Below the pieces are notes generated by a model that made no database searches, was not told the DNA's origin, and saw nothing but the letters and a program-made list of their open reading frames with translations. The position numbers were made by a program, and so were the translations under genes. From Selaginella moellendorffii (Eukaryota > Plantae > Lycopodiophyta), in the NCBI RefSeq assembly GCF_000143415.4, contig NW_003314348.1, forward strand, positions 748,062 through 812,061: a DNA stretch of 64,000 bases, written 5' to 3'. Positions 1 to 13,148 of this stretch are shown piece by piece (position 1 is the first letter of the stretch; every line of letters begins with the position of its first letter).

Positions 1-1847
1 CAGGAAAGTCGTAGCTTCCAGCATTATCAATTGCTGCACAATATAATCTCGTTAGCTAAACAAAAAATGCTCCAAAACTTGTAAGCACGGACCTCGCGTG
101 TAAGATCTTCGTCCCTTTCTACGCGCTCCAACGCTTGCAATATCTGGAAAAGAAAAAAAGAGAGAAGGAATCATCAAAAGAAAGGAAGTCGCGAACGAAC
201 CTCAGCTAATCCCCCGGCCATTAGGCGGGGACGATGGTGATCCCACTCGAGCTCCTGTGACGGTATAGCCATGAAGCCTTCACTGAGAGCCGAAAGGTCC
301 CTTCTTCCCACGGCTAACGCTGGGTGTCTAAATGTCTGTGAGCTTTCAAACGGAGGTGGGGGTCTCATTTCTGGTGCTTCCATGAGCGAACTCGGAACCT
401 GTGGTGGAGACATGGTTCGTCCGTGAGTGAAAAACGCCGCACGCCCATTGTAACCGTGCAACTGCCTTGCGTCACTTATAGGAGGGTGCCGTGCGCCCAG
501 TGTAGGCAGATAGTTTGCAACTCCACGTCGAATGGCAGGACCACGGTTGCTCCCAGTTGTGAACGTACCATTCTCTAAGCATGCCATGCTGACACTTCTG
601 ATCCTGCTCTCCGCCTGTTCCCTTGGAGAAGCACTGGCAGTCATGCTTCTGCCGGAGCTTACTCTGGCAATCCTTCTCGACAGACCCTGTCCACCAATGC
701 TAGAACTTCCACCGTGAAGCCTTGCTGCTCTGCTACCTCCCGAGAAAGCCATCGCGGCACCGGGATCCCGTGGGTTAGATCCACCCGAAAATGTCAGATG
801 ACCGTGACTTGGAGCTCCATCTGGACCCGGCGAGTAGTCGAGCAGCGCATTCCTCCTGATACGAAACGAGTCAGGGCCAGGAGGAAACGTCCTCCGAACA
901 GCTCTTGGATACACTTGTGAGGGGTGCATGCTGATGCTGCCAGCGTTGCCACTCGTGCCACTGAGCCCCGCAAAATCTGGCATCCTGGAACTCGTGAACA
1001 GCGAGGCCCCCAGAGTCGAGTCCAGAGCATCGGATGAGAGCCTTGTTTTCTGAGGCCGGGGGCCTTCCATGAGTGCTGCAGACCTCGACGAAGATGCACC
1101 ACCCGATGGAGGCGGTAGCATAAACGCTGGCCTCTGCGAGAGATCCACACCCTGGTGACCAGCCCCAACACCATCCTGGATGTGCCTCATGCTCAAGCCG
1201 TCCTGGAAGCCAGAAGCCGACGGGATGTTGCAACTCTTTCGTTTGCACGAGGAACCTCTAGAAGAACTATTACCTGTTACGGTGGCCGGATTGTAACTTG
1301 GAGCTCCCATCTGCATGGTAGCGGCGACCGCATCCGGCTGAGCAAATGCCCCCGACGATGCTGCCTCATCCCTGCCCGGACCAACCTCCGATCCCTCCAA
1401 GTCGAGATCGTCAAACATGTTGGAGAAGGTGGCGTTCTCTTCCAAGTTCATACAGTCGTGGAAGATGTCGATATCTCCATCCGTAACACCACAGGGCCCC
1501 GATGCCGACATCTCCAAATTCCCACTACTCCGGTGGATTACTTGGCTCGCCCCTCGAGGACCACCCCGGCTATGGCTGACGCATCCCCCTCCTATCCGTG
1601 TGCCAGTGGCGAACGATGATCTTCCCGACCCACTATTAAATGGTAAATGATCCATGCTTGGAGGGGCCGGGAGTAACGACAGACCCGGTATGTCCGTGTC
1701 GAAAGCACCGTCTGGATTGGAGCGCGAGCCTGCCAAGGACGAGAATTCTGAAAGCCCCAACCTGGTAGCTAAGGCTCTCCGGTCCGCCTGAGCTTCCTCG
1801 GCGCTCCTCCATCGCCCCGACATGGAATTTTGCCGCATCCTTTGCAT
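1..1847 (-). CDS. MBR/RHG1-like RING-H2 E3 ubiquitin ligase, 5' part (RING exons lie beyond the left edge)
   Basis: Long low-complexity exon (201-1847) ending ...LMAGGLAE at a GT donor. Short exons then read ILQALERVERDEDLTRE and QLIMLEATTFL, the motif that precedes 'RDMRLD..MSYEELLAL' and the RING in this family. The RING itself is not in the window and the start codon is uncertain. Confidence 0.65.
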
Positions 1848-2372
1848 CACCGTCGCTCGCTCACTCGCTCGCCGCGAATCAAGACCTGGAAGTGGCAAAT
1901 CCAACGAAAATATAACTGACAAATACCAGAGAGGGGAGGATTTCTCTCACCGATGGACGTGCATTGGAAGAATGCGGTGCCCGGCGCCGGAGATTTCACG
2001 CTGGATCCATGGAAATAGCGCCCGTGACAGACGCGAGACCCGAAATTCCCAAACCCCAATCCCGGCTGTGAGAGCGTGGCGCGCGATCTCTAGCACCCGG
2101 CCAGAGCCGATTCACTCGCAAGCGCTGGGGGAGCGCATCGATCCCGCCGCTCCGGGCGTCCCAGGCACCAGTGGAAACCCTACAAGGGCCACGAACAACA
2201 AATGAAGAAACGAAGGTGACCAATGCAAGCCAGATGTTTCTAGCGGGGCCTATGACATGCTGTCAGGGGAAGTCGCGTGGAGGCCACCTGGGCGCCATGT
2301 CAGGTCATTATTCGCTGAGGTGGAATAATAATAATACAAATACTTTTATACTCTTTTTTGTAACGCCGACAT

Positions 2373-3912
2373 TTAAGCACCGGGCGGCAGCCTGGGAACC
2401 AGCACAGCCAAGTTGATGTCCTCGTTCTCGTATTTTTGGATGAACGGATGCTTCTACAAACCATCAGAATAAAATGTTAGATCTCGAGAAGAGCGATCGG
2501 AAAATTTTTACCAGCAACTCGGCAGCGGTCATTCGATCCTTCGGTTCCTTCTGGATGCTGCGAAAATTCATCGAAGAGAATCTAAGCTCCAAAACATCCA
2601 ACTGGAAAAAAAAATTGGAGGTTTTCAAGACATACCACGCAGATATGAGCGAGCAAAACTCGGCCGAGAACATCTCTGGCGACGCAACGGGTGCTGGTTG
2701 CTCCACAATCGTCTCGAGCAGCTCGTAGAAGTTCAAGTATCCATTCTCCTGGCCCGGAGGCAAGTATGGGAACCGTCCAGTCGCGCATTCCAGCAGCGTC
2801 AAGCCCAAGCTCCAAATATCGCTCTCGAAGCCATAAGCGCCCCCACTGATCCTCTCAGGCTGCTCGAAGATTCAAGCGATGAGTTTCTGTCTCTCGAGAA
2901 ACAAAGAAAGAAAACTTGAAACTTACCGACATGTAGGTGTATGTTCCAACGAAAGTGTCTCGTTGTCCCATGGAGTTTGCCAAGACGGCACTTACACCGA
3001 AGTCTGTGATCTTCACCTCGCCTTTGTGATTCACGAGAAGGTTTGATGGCTTGATATCCCTGTGGATGATACGACGGTCAAGGTGCAAATACACCAGACC
3101 CTTGAGCACCTGAAACAAAAAAAGAGAAAAGTTTGAAGCTCGGAGATCAAAGTATTTCGAGTTACCTGCTTGCAAATGGCTGCCAAATACGGCTCGGGAA
3201 GAGCATTCACTTCTTTGATCACATCCAGAAGCGAGCCTCCGTCCATGTACTCGAAAACAATGGAAATGACTCCGTTGTTGTAGAAGGCCTCGTAGCAAAC
3301 TACAACGTAGGGGCATTGCGAGGACTGGTTGATCTTAATCTCCTGAACGATTTGTTTTCGCATAGTCTCTTGGATGTTCATTTGGATCGCCTGAAACTTC
3401 AAAAACTATGAGCAAAGAACTCCTAAAAGGACTCGCGAGTACCTTTAGTGCGAAGACTTGTCCAGTCCATTTGTGACGAACAAGCTGCACAACTCCACTG
3501 CTGCCTTTTCCAATCACCTTGACAGCTTCCAAGTCTGTGAGAGCAATTTGGCCATCCACAGGCTGTGGTTACAGCAGAAAAACCGAAAGGAAAAAAATAA
3601 AAAGAAGAGGAGGGTTCATTGCAAGCTTTAGCTCGAGTTTTCTCTTTTGTTTCAAGTGTGGCTTACGCTGGTCGTGGGCTCCTGAGTGACAACTCGCAAA
3701 CCATCCCGGTTGAGGAGAATGTCCCCATCTTGAAATGTGCCACTCGCGGTCCTACCGCAGCAAATCCAAGACTTAGAGAAACCCGAAGAACTCGAATCTC
3801 TCTCGATCTAGCCTCTCTCGCCAGGAAGAACTTACAGGAAATCCGAGATGTTTGTGTCCTGCCTGGGAACGGCAACCCTGAGAGCCCTCCTGTTACTGGC
3901 GAATCCGCGCAT
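2373..3912 (-). CDS. MKK6: Group A MAP kinase kinase (MKK6/NQK1-like), multi-exon
   Basis: Spliced protein [44 protein letters not shown]...[17 protein letters not shown]...[45 protein letters not shown] (S-x5-T activation loop). Stop at 2373-2375. Confidence 0.92.
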
Positions 3913-3975
3913 GCTCGCTGCTCCTCCGCCCTCCCCAGCTAGGGCGTCACTCGTGAGAAATTTTCAAAAGAATTT

Positions 3976-4080
3976 TCCAGCTCAGCACGTCAATCCTGTC
4001 CGTCATTTAAGTCGAGCTGAACTGGAAAGCTGCGTGGAATGCTGACGTGGCCCTAAACGGATATCCAGCTCAGCACGTCA
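3976..4080. promoter_or_regulatory. Bidirectional promoter region with a 17-bp direct repeat containing ACGT boxes
   Basis: TCCAGCTCAGCACGTCA at 3976-3992 and 4064-4080, plus TGACGTGG at 4043-4050, between divergent ATGs at 3912 and 4418. Confidence 0.45.
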
Positions 4081-4417
4081 GCGTTTTGCACGTTTCTTCC
4101 CGTCGGGCCCGTCAACTTGTCGCAAAAACAATTGTCTGAGGCTAGACCGGGAGAGATGCATGTACTGTCGTGGCCTGTGCCTCCACACCAAATTAGGGCT
4201 CCTCGAGCTCGCCTAGGGTTCTTCTTGGCGCTCCGCGGCTTGGAGAGCGGCGACATCGGTGTCAAGCGCCTCATCCAGCGCCCGCATTCTCAATAGCCGG
4301 TGAGTAGCTATCCGACGCGAATCTGCCGCTAGAACAGCGCATTCCAGACGAGAAATCCAATCCGGAAGGGGTATGCAACGATGCGGCTCCGCTTGAGCAG
4401 CGGCATCGATTCTCAGT

Positions 4418-7400
4418 ATGCTGGGATCCTTCCGCAGATTTGAAGCCGGCAATGATGGCAGTGGCCGCTTTGGCGTCGGGATTCTTGGCAAGGCAGAGAT
4501 TAGCGACGACGTAGTCGAACGAGCTCCCCTTTTAGGTGCTGTTGAGAGCGGGCGAGTCAGTGTAGAAGATCATGCCTCCTGGACTAGGAGATTCCAAGAA
4601 ATCGCCATCTCCATTGGAGCTACCAATAGATCATCAGCTGATAGAGGAGGAACTTTGATCAGTGATTCAAGCCAGCAGCATGATGGGGGAAGGATACTTC
4701 CACTTCCTCGACAGTCGAGTGGAGGGAGCTTCACAGAGAGTCTTCGCTCGACTGACTTTCCACCACTCACGCTATCTCCGCCCCGGACACTCGACTCAAA
4801 CGATTGTATATCGCTGGAGAAAGCTGGAGAACCGTGTGGAAGCTGGATGCAGCAGGCAGAAACGGGCTATAACTTACAAATGGCGCTAGTGCTTCGGATG
4901 ATGGCTGATGTAGAGGAGATTCCATTCTCAACTCAAGTTCGTGTGGTTCCTCCAAATCCCGCCGTCTTCACGAGCCATAGATTCTGGGTAAGCTTCTCTC
5001 GAACTTTAAGTGATGTGATTCTTATAGTCCTTCGCTTGACTCAGGTTCACGGAAGTCTGGGATATAGCGATAGGATCGACGATGGTTTCTACTATGTGCA
5101 TGGAATAGATCCATACGTGTGGGCGATGTGCACTGATGTGGATGACAAAGGGCGGATGCCAACTCTGGACGCTCTTCGTGCAGTCGACATTTCTCAGGTT
5201 TCGTTGGAAGCTGTTTACATCGATAGAAGCTGCGACTCTTCTCTGTGCGAACATGAGAAGGCCGCTGTCGCAATTGGCTATGAATGCAGCAATGCTTCCG
5301 AGCTGCCGGAACGCCTTGGGAAGTTTGTGAGTAACGTCATGGGGTAAGGATTAGTTTTCAAACATTCAGCGCAACGAAAGTGATTGTTTTTGCAGTGGCA
5401 AAGCATCAAATGGCGAAGGAGAACTTATCTCTCACTGGATAACGAGGAGTAGAAAGCTTAAGGATGCCTTGCATAGTGCCGTCATTCCCATTGGCACTGT
5501 CCGGATTGGACTTTGCTGGCACCGTGCCCTTCTCTACAAGGTTATTGCTCTAGAAGTTCTTTTTTTTTCTCTTCTGGAAATCTTTGCTCTTTCAGTTTTT
5601 GGCAGATAGCATAGGCCTACCTTGTCGAATTGCTCGTGGCTGTAAGTACTGCGGTCTGGACAAAGGAGCGTCTTGTCTGGTGCTTTGTGGCACAGAAAGG
5701 TTAAGAAGTCTTCCGATTCACATATTTTTGACGTTGCGTGTACATACAGGGAGTATTTTGTCGACTTGATTGGTTCTCCTGGAGAGCTACATGAATGGTC
5801 TTCGTTTCTCAATTCTTACTCGATACCAGTGACGTCACCGTTACGGCTTCCCGATTTTAGATCCTCGACTCTAACTGACGATGATCGAACTTGGAATATG
5901 GCTTCAGACTTCGAAGCATCTCAGATATCTGATAATCGAGGTAATACGCAAAATGAAAAACGTTATTCTCAGGCATGTTATAACAGATGGGAAAGTGGCA
6001 TGTTCAGCGGACCAGTCTCATCTGTATAATAGCAGTTCCACCGGAAGTAGCAACAAAAATAGTAATGGCGATTTGCATTTCCTGGATCGTAATCAGCATG
6101 GTACCTTGCCTTCGCAACACGCTGAATCCTTTAGCCGAACTGACACTTTCAGCGAGTGGGAGATACCCTGGGAAGAACTTGTTTTGAAAGAACGACTAGG
6201 CGGAGGTAACCATTTACATTATGTTGATGGAACTGACATGCTCCTTTTCCTTCAGGGTCCTTTGGCACTGTGCACTTGGCAGATTGGCAAGGAACGGTAC
6301 AAAAATTTCTATCCCATTGGATTGTTAGCTGAACTATGGTTGTTATAGGATGTCGCTGTTAAGATCCTGCTAGATCAAGATGCAACGCAAGAATTGCTGT
6401 CAGAGCTGACTAGGGAGGTGAGCATTTTTTATCTCTTTGGGACACCCTTCCAGTAACCAAACTTTACAGATTGTCATCTTACGAAGGCTACGCCATCCGA
6501 ATATTGTTCTCTTTATGGGTGCCGTGACGAAATCTCCACATCTTTCGATTGTCACTGAGTATCTCCCCAGGTGGGTGGTGCAACTGGAATTATCTGGTCC
6601 TTATAATGTCACGATACAGGGGCGCGCTATTTCGACTACTGCATACTCCGAAGGCAAGGGAAATCTTGGACGAAAAGAGGCGGCTGCGCATGGCACTTGA
6701 TGTGGTATGGCAAAAGTAATGATTGTCGTGTATCAATCCATGTTCTGTTCAGGCTAGAGGTGTAAATTATCTTCACAGAAGCAAGCCTGCGATTGTCCAT
6801 CGTGATTTGAAGTCACCCAACCTTCTTGTGGACAAATATCTAACAGTGAAGGTTAGTGATGGCTGAAGTATCGCGAGAGTATTGACGTTTCGGTATGGAA
6901 CTCCAGGTGTGCGATTTTGGTCTTTCAAGATTCAAGTCTAAAACGTTTCTGTCATCTCAGACTGGCGCTGGCACGGTAAAAGCTTGTGTTCGCTGGCGCC
7001 ACTGATATGTTTCTCCTTTTTTGTGGAATCACCAGCCAGAATGGATGGCCCCGGAAGTGCTTCGTGACGAGCCTTCCAAGGAGAAGTCCGACGTGTACAG
7101 CTTTGGTGTTGTTCTATGGGAGCTTGTAACTCTACAAAAGCCTTGGACAGGACTCACTGCTATGCAGGTATGTGTTGTAGATAAAAAAAATTGTCTCTTT
7201 TCTTTCTTTGATCAAGACGAGCTATCTCTTTTCAGGTAGTAGCGGCCGTAGCGTTTAATGGCCGGAGGCTACAAATCCCCAGTAATGTGAACCCCAAGAT
7301 GCGAGCTCTGATCGAGTCTTGCTGGGCAAAGTAAGCTCTCTTTCTCGCTGTTTTCTCGAAACTTTCTTCTCTTCACTACGTTTTTTGTTCCAGCGATCCA

Positions 7401-7478
7401 GAACTACGACCTTCGTTCGCCAGCATCATCGATGCACTCAAGAAATTCCAAGAGCCACTCTTCCTCGAAGAGAGTTAA
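4418..7478 (+). CDS. CTR1: CTR1/EDR1-like Raf-type (B3) MAPKKK, multi-exon
   Basis: N-terminal EDR1/CN domain ([46 protein letters not shown]). Kinase domain [39 protein letters not shown]. Stop at 7476-7478. Confidence 0.88.
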
Positions 7479-7485
7479 ATACAGG

Positions 7486-7487
<2 letters not shown>

Positions 7488-7521
<34 letters not shown>
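7488..7521. repeat. (CT)n microsatellite
   Basis: Perfect CT dinucleotide run between the CTR1-like stop and the PTPA start. Confidence 0.95.
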
Positions 7522-7529
<8 letters not shown>

Positions 7530-7619
7530 GTAAAGAAATGAAGCGCGAAATCTAGCGGCTTCGATTTTGCCACATTTCTTCTCCTTGATCGCATTTTAGG
7601 GCAAGTGGAGTCGGGGGCG

Positions 7620-8693
7620 ATGGGCGATGGATGGTATGGCGGCACGCCGCCATGGCCGCAGCAGCAGCCGCCACCCTCGATGTTGGGTCCCCGGATGACC
7701 CCGGCATCGATCGCGCCGGTGCCCAAATCCTGCGCCATCGAGCGAATCCCTCTTCCCCACGCATTCCAGCGCCCCAGGAAGCGCATCACGTCTCCGGCGG
7801 ACCTGGAGAAGCTCCACGCTTCGCCGGCGGGGCGCGAGTTCCTAGGGTTCGTGGTGGCGCTCAGCGAGGCGATCATCGGCCACAAGCTCTCGGATCCGTG
7901 CGTAGAATCCCCCGCGACGGCGGCGCTGGTGGAGATTTTGGGCACGATGAGCCGCTGGGTGGACGACATCCCGCCCGCGACCCAGGCGGTGAGGTATGGC
8001 AATCCGGCATACAGGGAGTGGCACGCGCGGCTCGAGCAGGAAAGCCCGGGCTTGATCGCATCGCTGATCCCTCCGGAATTGCTAGAACAGGGGAGAGGAG
8101 GGGGCTCCAGCAGCGGGATGGCTCCAGTGATCCAGGAGCTCTTCCCGTATCTGGAGGATAGCTTCGGGAACGCGACGAGGATCGACTATGGCACCGGGCA
8201 CGAGGCGAATTTCGCGGCCTTCCTGCTGTGCCTGGCGAAGATCGGAGTGTTCTCGCGCGAGGACTACCAGGCGCTCGTCTCGCGCGTGTTCGTGCGCTAC
8301 CTGGATCTCATGAGGAAGCTCCAGACCACGTACTGGATGGAGCCGGCGGGATCGCACGGGGTGTGGGGGCTGGACGACTACCACTTCTTGCCGTTCATCT
8401 TTGGCGCCGCGCAGCTCGTCAATCACAAGCACATGAGGCCCAAGTCGATCCACAACCAGGACATCCTGGACAACTTCTCGGGCGAGTTCTTGTACCTGGG
8501 CTGCGTGAGGTTTGTCAAGCAGGTGAAGAAGGGCCCCCTGGCGGAGCACTCGCCCATGATCGATGATATCAGCGGGGTGGCGAGCTGGGCTAAGGTTCAC
8601 AGTGGGATGCTCAAGATGTACAGGGCGGAGGTGCTGGACAAGGTTCCCATTATGCAACACTTCCTGTTTGGATCGCTTATTGCTTTCGACTAA
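7620..8693 (+). CDS. PTPA: Serine/threonine phosphatase 2A activator (PTPA), intronless
   Basis: RYGNPAYREW, SFGNATRIDYGTGHE, MEPAGSHGVWGLDDYHFLPF, EHSPM, MYRAEVLDKVPIMQHFLFGSL. The exact start ATG (7620/7680/7696) is uncertain. Confidence 0.93.
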   Translation: MGDGWYGGTPPWPQQQPPPSMLGPRMTPASIAPVPKSCAIERIPLPHAFQRPRKRITSPADLEKLHASPAGREFLGFVVALSEAIIGHKLSDPCVESPATAALVEILGTMSRWVDDIPPATQAVRYGNPAYREWHARLEQESPGLIASLIPPELLEQGRGGGSSSGMAPVIQELFPYLEDSFGNATRIDYGTGHEANFAAFLLCLAKIGVFSREDYQALVSRVFVRYLDLMRKLQTTYWMEPAGSHGVWGLDDYHFLPFIFGAAQLVNHKHMRPKSIHNQDILDNFSGEFLYLGCVRFVKQVKKGPLAEHSPMIDDISGVASWAKVHSGMLKMYRAEVLDKVPIMQHFLFGSLIAFD

Positions 8694-9344
8694 AATTAAA
8701 ATGTTGTTTAAATCTTTAAAAAGACAAAAGGGAAACAGGAAAAAGATTAATAAACAATACTTAACCTACCCTAACACAAAAAGAATATTTCTAAATATTC
8801 TTAAACCCTAGTCAGATGTGTGTTACTTGGAGATTGTAGCATCATGGCAGGGGATTTGGTAACATGGACAATTGTTATAGAGGATATCAAAGATATCCTC
8901 CACCTTATCAAATGTTATTTTATAGTTAGCAAATATAGTAGAGGGGAATTTTGAAAGTAAAAATAGACCTGTCCAATGAGTGACTCAGCAGAGTGTATTT
9001 AATGACGTGTTTGACCGCGTGGCTTTTCCAAACTTGCCAAGTGGCCTGTCCTCTGCCGCCCGATTCTGAGGGATCCAGTAACTCGGTCTGCGTCGCAAGT
9101 TTCGCCGAAGCACGCCAGTTTTTGTCATGTTGGAAGGGAGAGAGGCCGCTCTACCAAATCAGGATCGTAGCAATCCGCCTTCCTGCGTAGTAGTAGCGGC
9201 GCCGCCGCCGGCCAATGGCTCTTAGATTCGCCGCTTGGAAGTCTAGCAGCTTTTGGATTGATGAGCCGTCGCAATGGCGCGGGGGTGTAGGGAATCCGCA
9301 ATTGGGCTTTTGGGCATAGAGTTTGAGGAAGATTAAGCTAGGCC

Positions 9345-12050
9345 ATGGATGATGGAGGAGGAGGAGGAGGATTAAAAGTAGCAGTGGGGATCAAGAGCAG
9401 CAAGCGCAGCATTGGAGCTCTGAGATGGGCTTTCGACAACGCCGTGAGTGCCGGAGATGAGATATATCTTGTGCACGTCCAGCATCCAATCCGATATGTT
9501 CCAACTCCAGGCAAGTTTGGACGCACAGTGGCCACTTTTTTTTTGCCCCCGAGTTTTATGGAGGTGTGTTGTCTTGTTTGTAGTGGGCAATCTCGCTGTT
9601 GCGCAGCTATCGCCGGAGAAAGTAGCTCAATACGCCAAGACAGTGCAGGACAAGATTAATGCATTTGTGGAGGTTTTCAAGAGCTTGTGCGACGCTCATC
9701 AGGTTTTTTTTTCCTTTTTGTTCTTCCCAAATTCGTTTGCATGCAAGCTTGGATTTTTACGTTCTTGTTCCAGATCAAACCAAACTACGTCCAAGTCGAG
9801 AATGATTCCGTCCAAAAGGGCCTTTTGAAGTCCATCCATGCACTGGAAATCCAAAAGCTTGTTCTAGGAAGCGCTGGACGCACTGGCCTCACACGGTAAA
9901 AAAAATGTAGAACAAACCTTCGCAAAACTTACAGGATCGTGTTCTTCTTCTCCTCCTCCAGGAAGCTCTCTGGCCCAGGAACCGGAGAATACGTCGCCGC
10001 TCGAGCGCCAAGCTTTTGCTCCGTCTGTGTGATCGCCAAGGACAAGCTCCTCCCGATCAAAGCTCTGGACGATTCCCGGTCGATCTCGTCCGCCTCTTCG
10101 CGAACCTCCGACTCGGAGCGATCGTCGAGCTCGTCCTCCCAAGGTAGCGTTTTGCCTTCGTTCTTGCGGAAGCGTAGAGCGAGAAACGTGTCTTTGGATC
10201 TAGCAGACTTGGACTCTCATCCGCCTGCCCGTTTGCATGGTTTGCCAGAAGGCCTTGGACAGATGTGGAACGTCGGCTTCCTCTCGCGCTTTCTCTCCTC
10301 CGGATCCCCCACCACCCGGCAGCAAGCTGTTCTAGCGTCCAGTCCTCCTCCGGAGAATGCTCCGCTCGACGAGATAAGTGGCGCCCGGGTCTTTGCTTCT
10401 CCGTTTCGTGATCGAACAGGCGCGTCCTCGGAAGAGATTGAGATTGTGGAGCTCGGTGACGGTGCTGCTAGTGGAAGGATGGCGCTGATCAGCCACAAGT
10501 TGGGAGGAAGCAGCAAGTCTGGGAGTAGGAGTTCTTCCAGTTCCGGTCCCAAGTCGGTGGTGAATGGGGGAGCTTTAACAAAGCTTGGCAGGTCCGAGAG
10601 CTCGTGCAGTTCTGGTATCGAATCATCTGGAACGGAAGATTACAGGCCATTACATGATAAAGTCACAGTTACCTCGAAGGCCGCTCTTGATGTCGAAGAA
10701 AAAGAAACGATGTCCAGGGACATGGCGAAGCTCGAAGTTGATAGCTCCAGCACTGCCGACCGAGAGGATGACTCCCTTGAAGGACCTTCCATGCCAGCTC
10801 CGCGAACACGGAGGAAATCCCTCCAAGAACTGTCGCTGCTGTCTCAAAGGACGTTCAAGGAGTACGAGTACGCCGAACTCGAGGCAGCCACCAAGAACTT
10901 TTCTTTGGATCTCAAACTGGGAGAAGGAGGCTACGGCCTCGTCTTCAAAGGAAAGCTCCATGGCAGAGACGTAGCCATCAAAGTGTTGAAGAAGGAAGGC
11001 TTCCAAAGGACGCAGGAATTCCAGCACGAGGTGGAGCTGCTGGGGAGGATTCAACATCCACACATGGTGGTTCTGCTCGGTTGCTGCTCCCACAGAGGCT
11101 GTCTCGTCTACGAGTTCATGGCAAACGGGAGTCTGGATGACATGCTCTTCTGTAAGAACGGAACTCCCCCACTGCCGTGGTATGCGAGGTTTCGAATAGC
11201 AGCCGAGGTAGCATCAGCGTTGTACTTCCTTCACAACCTCGGACCAGAGCCAGTAGTTCACAGGGACCTGAAGCCAGCAAACATTCTTCTCGACCATAAC
11301 AACGTGAGCAAAGTTGGCGACGTCGGTCTCGCAAAGCTGGTTCCAGAAAGACTGGCCGCAATCAACAGTACGTACTTCAGGGACACCACACCTGTCGGAA
11401 CCTTCGCTTATATCGACCCGGAGTACCAGAGAACCGGGCTGTTCGGTCCAAAGTCGGATGTCTACGCGCTTGGAATTGTTATCCTCCAGCTGCTAACGGG
11501 AAGGGGACCTGTTGGAGTTCATGCCATCGTTGAAGAAGCTATAGAGTGTGGGAACTTTAGCAGTGTCCTGGACCCGAGTGCTGGAGATTGGCCGGTTGGA
11601 AAAGCCGAAGAAGTTGCCTGCTTGGCTCTGCAGTGTGCTGAGATGAGGCGGCGGCAAAGACCGATGCTCGAGACTGTTCTTCCGATGCTGGATGGTGCCA
11701 GGAACTATGCCGAGAATTGTGCTGCGATACATGCCACCAACAGAGCTCTCGCCGGGGATCCGAAAGCCGTGCCACCGTCCATCTTCCTGTGTCCCATTTT
11801 TCGGGTAAAGCTTGCTTTCTTTCCCGGATCGTCTGCTGATATTTCCGTTTTGTATTCTTGGCAGGAAGTAATGCAGGAGCCTGTGGTGGCCGCTGATGGA
11901 TACACATACGAGTACGAAGCGATTAGGCAGTGGTTTCAAGCTCACGATACATCACCTTTGACAAATCTGAGGCTGGAGCACAAGCAACTCACGCCCCACC
12001 ATGCTTTGAATAAGCTGATTACTGAGTGGAAGACGAGGGCCAAGGTCTAG
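9345..12050 (+). CDS. U-box domain receptor-like cytoplasmic kinase (PUB33/34/35-type: USP-like N-terminus, kinase, U-box)
   Basis: N-terminal VAVGIKSSKRSIGALRWA (USP-like). Kinase LGEGGYG, HRDLKPANILLD, GDVGLAKL, GTFAYIDPEY. U-box PPSIFLCPI..EVMQEPVVAADGYTYEYEAIRQWF..TSPLTNL. Confidence 0.9.
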
Positions 12051-12104
12051 AGCCGTGACGTTCTTTCCTAAGGACGATCCCGTTTTGTGAAGGTATGTAC
12101 AAAT

Positions 12105-13042
12105 TCATGCGTAGTCTCCTAGTCGAGCACCGGCTACCATCCAGCAGTCTTTATAAGGACCATTGACGACCTGCGATGGTTATATTCATTTGTTAAGAAA
12201 TGAGACATCAATCCAAAGAGCATTACTCGTTGCAGAGAAAACGTGAATGCCGCTGTCCTTGTCTCTCCGGATGTTGTCTTGAATCTCACTTCAATAGCTT
12301 GAACAGCTCTTCTCTCACCTCGAAACACCATAGGAGAAAGCACCTGACATTCAAGTTCCACAGAAGTAAAGAATTATAAACGACATAATAAAAGGATTTT
12401 ACCTTCCAGTCGAGGCAATTCACCATTGTGACATAGCTGGAGTACTTGAAAGACTCTATAAACTCTTGACAAGTCAGTACCCTTGCTGAGGCATCCCAAG
12501 CTCTAGCTCTTGGCTGGAAAGAATTTTGAGAACTTGTCATAGACAGCACGAACTCTACCTTGTCATCCGGAATTTCGTCGTATTGATAAGGCAATGGCCT
12601 CATCGCGAAATCGAAAGCCGTCTTGATCCCACTGTCTTCCTCAGGCCAGTCATTCCGCATCAACGCATCCATCTAGAACCTCCCATTCATCGCAAATTTC
12701 GTGAGCAGAGAAAGGCGGCAGCACCTGAGCTTTCACCACGGTACTTGGCGGCATCAGCGGCGTCGGCTTGCGATTCTCCAGCGGCCACGAATGGCCCGAC
12801 GTGTTCACGAAGCGCATGAAATCGGACGCCAGATTGTCCTTCCCTGCTGTGCGCGCCATCGAAAATGCCCTGAGAAAGGAAATACCAATCCGATCAATCT
12901 TACCAGGCATTGCGAGCGCCAGAACGACGGGATTTCGACGAGTTCCTGCCGAAATATCCACCCGGTGCCTGAGAACCGATGGAGCTCGTGGAAATCCCGT
13001 GGAGAGAGACGCAAGCGCGCCATCGCCAAGAGCTCTCCCCAT
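12105..13042 (-). CDS. Uncharacterised protein with a transit-peptide-like N-terminus (possibly DUF4864/NTF2-like)
   Basis: Exons splice to ...PTPLMPPSTVVKAQ-MDALMRNDWPEEDSGIKTAFDFA...FTFSLQR-VVNGPYKDCWMVAGARLGDYA*. It resembles a conserved algal/plant plastid family (PxxVVxAQLxAL.NDxP..D.G; GxxKxCWM). The family label is from memory. Confidence 0.6.
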
Positions 13043-13148
13043 ATCCACAAGAGATGGGACAAATAGGGTTTATGGTATGAGTTCCTATAGTTGGAAAGTA
13101 TCGTTAGAGCCCTAAAAACAGAGGGTTTACTATACTCGGAAAGTGCCG

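Noticed and set aside
7475-8660. Long antisense and alternative-frame ORFs over PTPA (also over the PPR, lectin, COI1 and PAO genes)
   Set aside because: Expected shadows of high-GC3 coding sequence.
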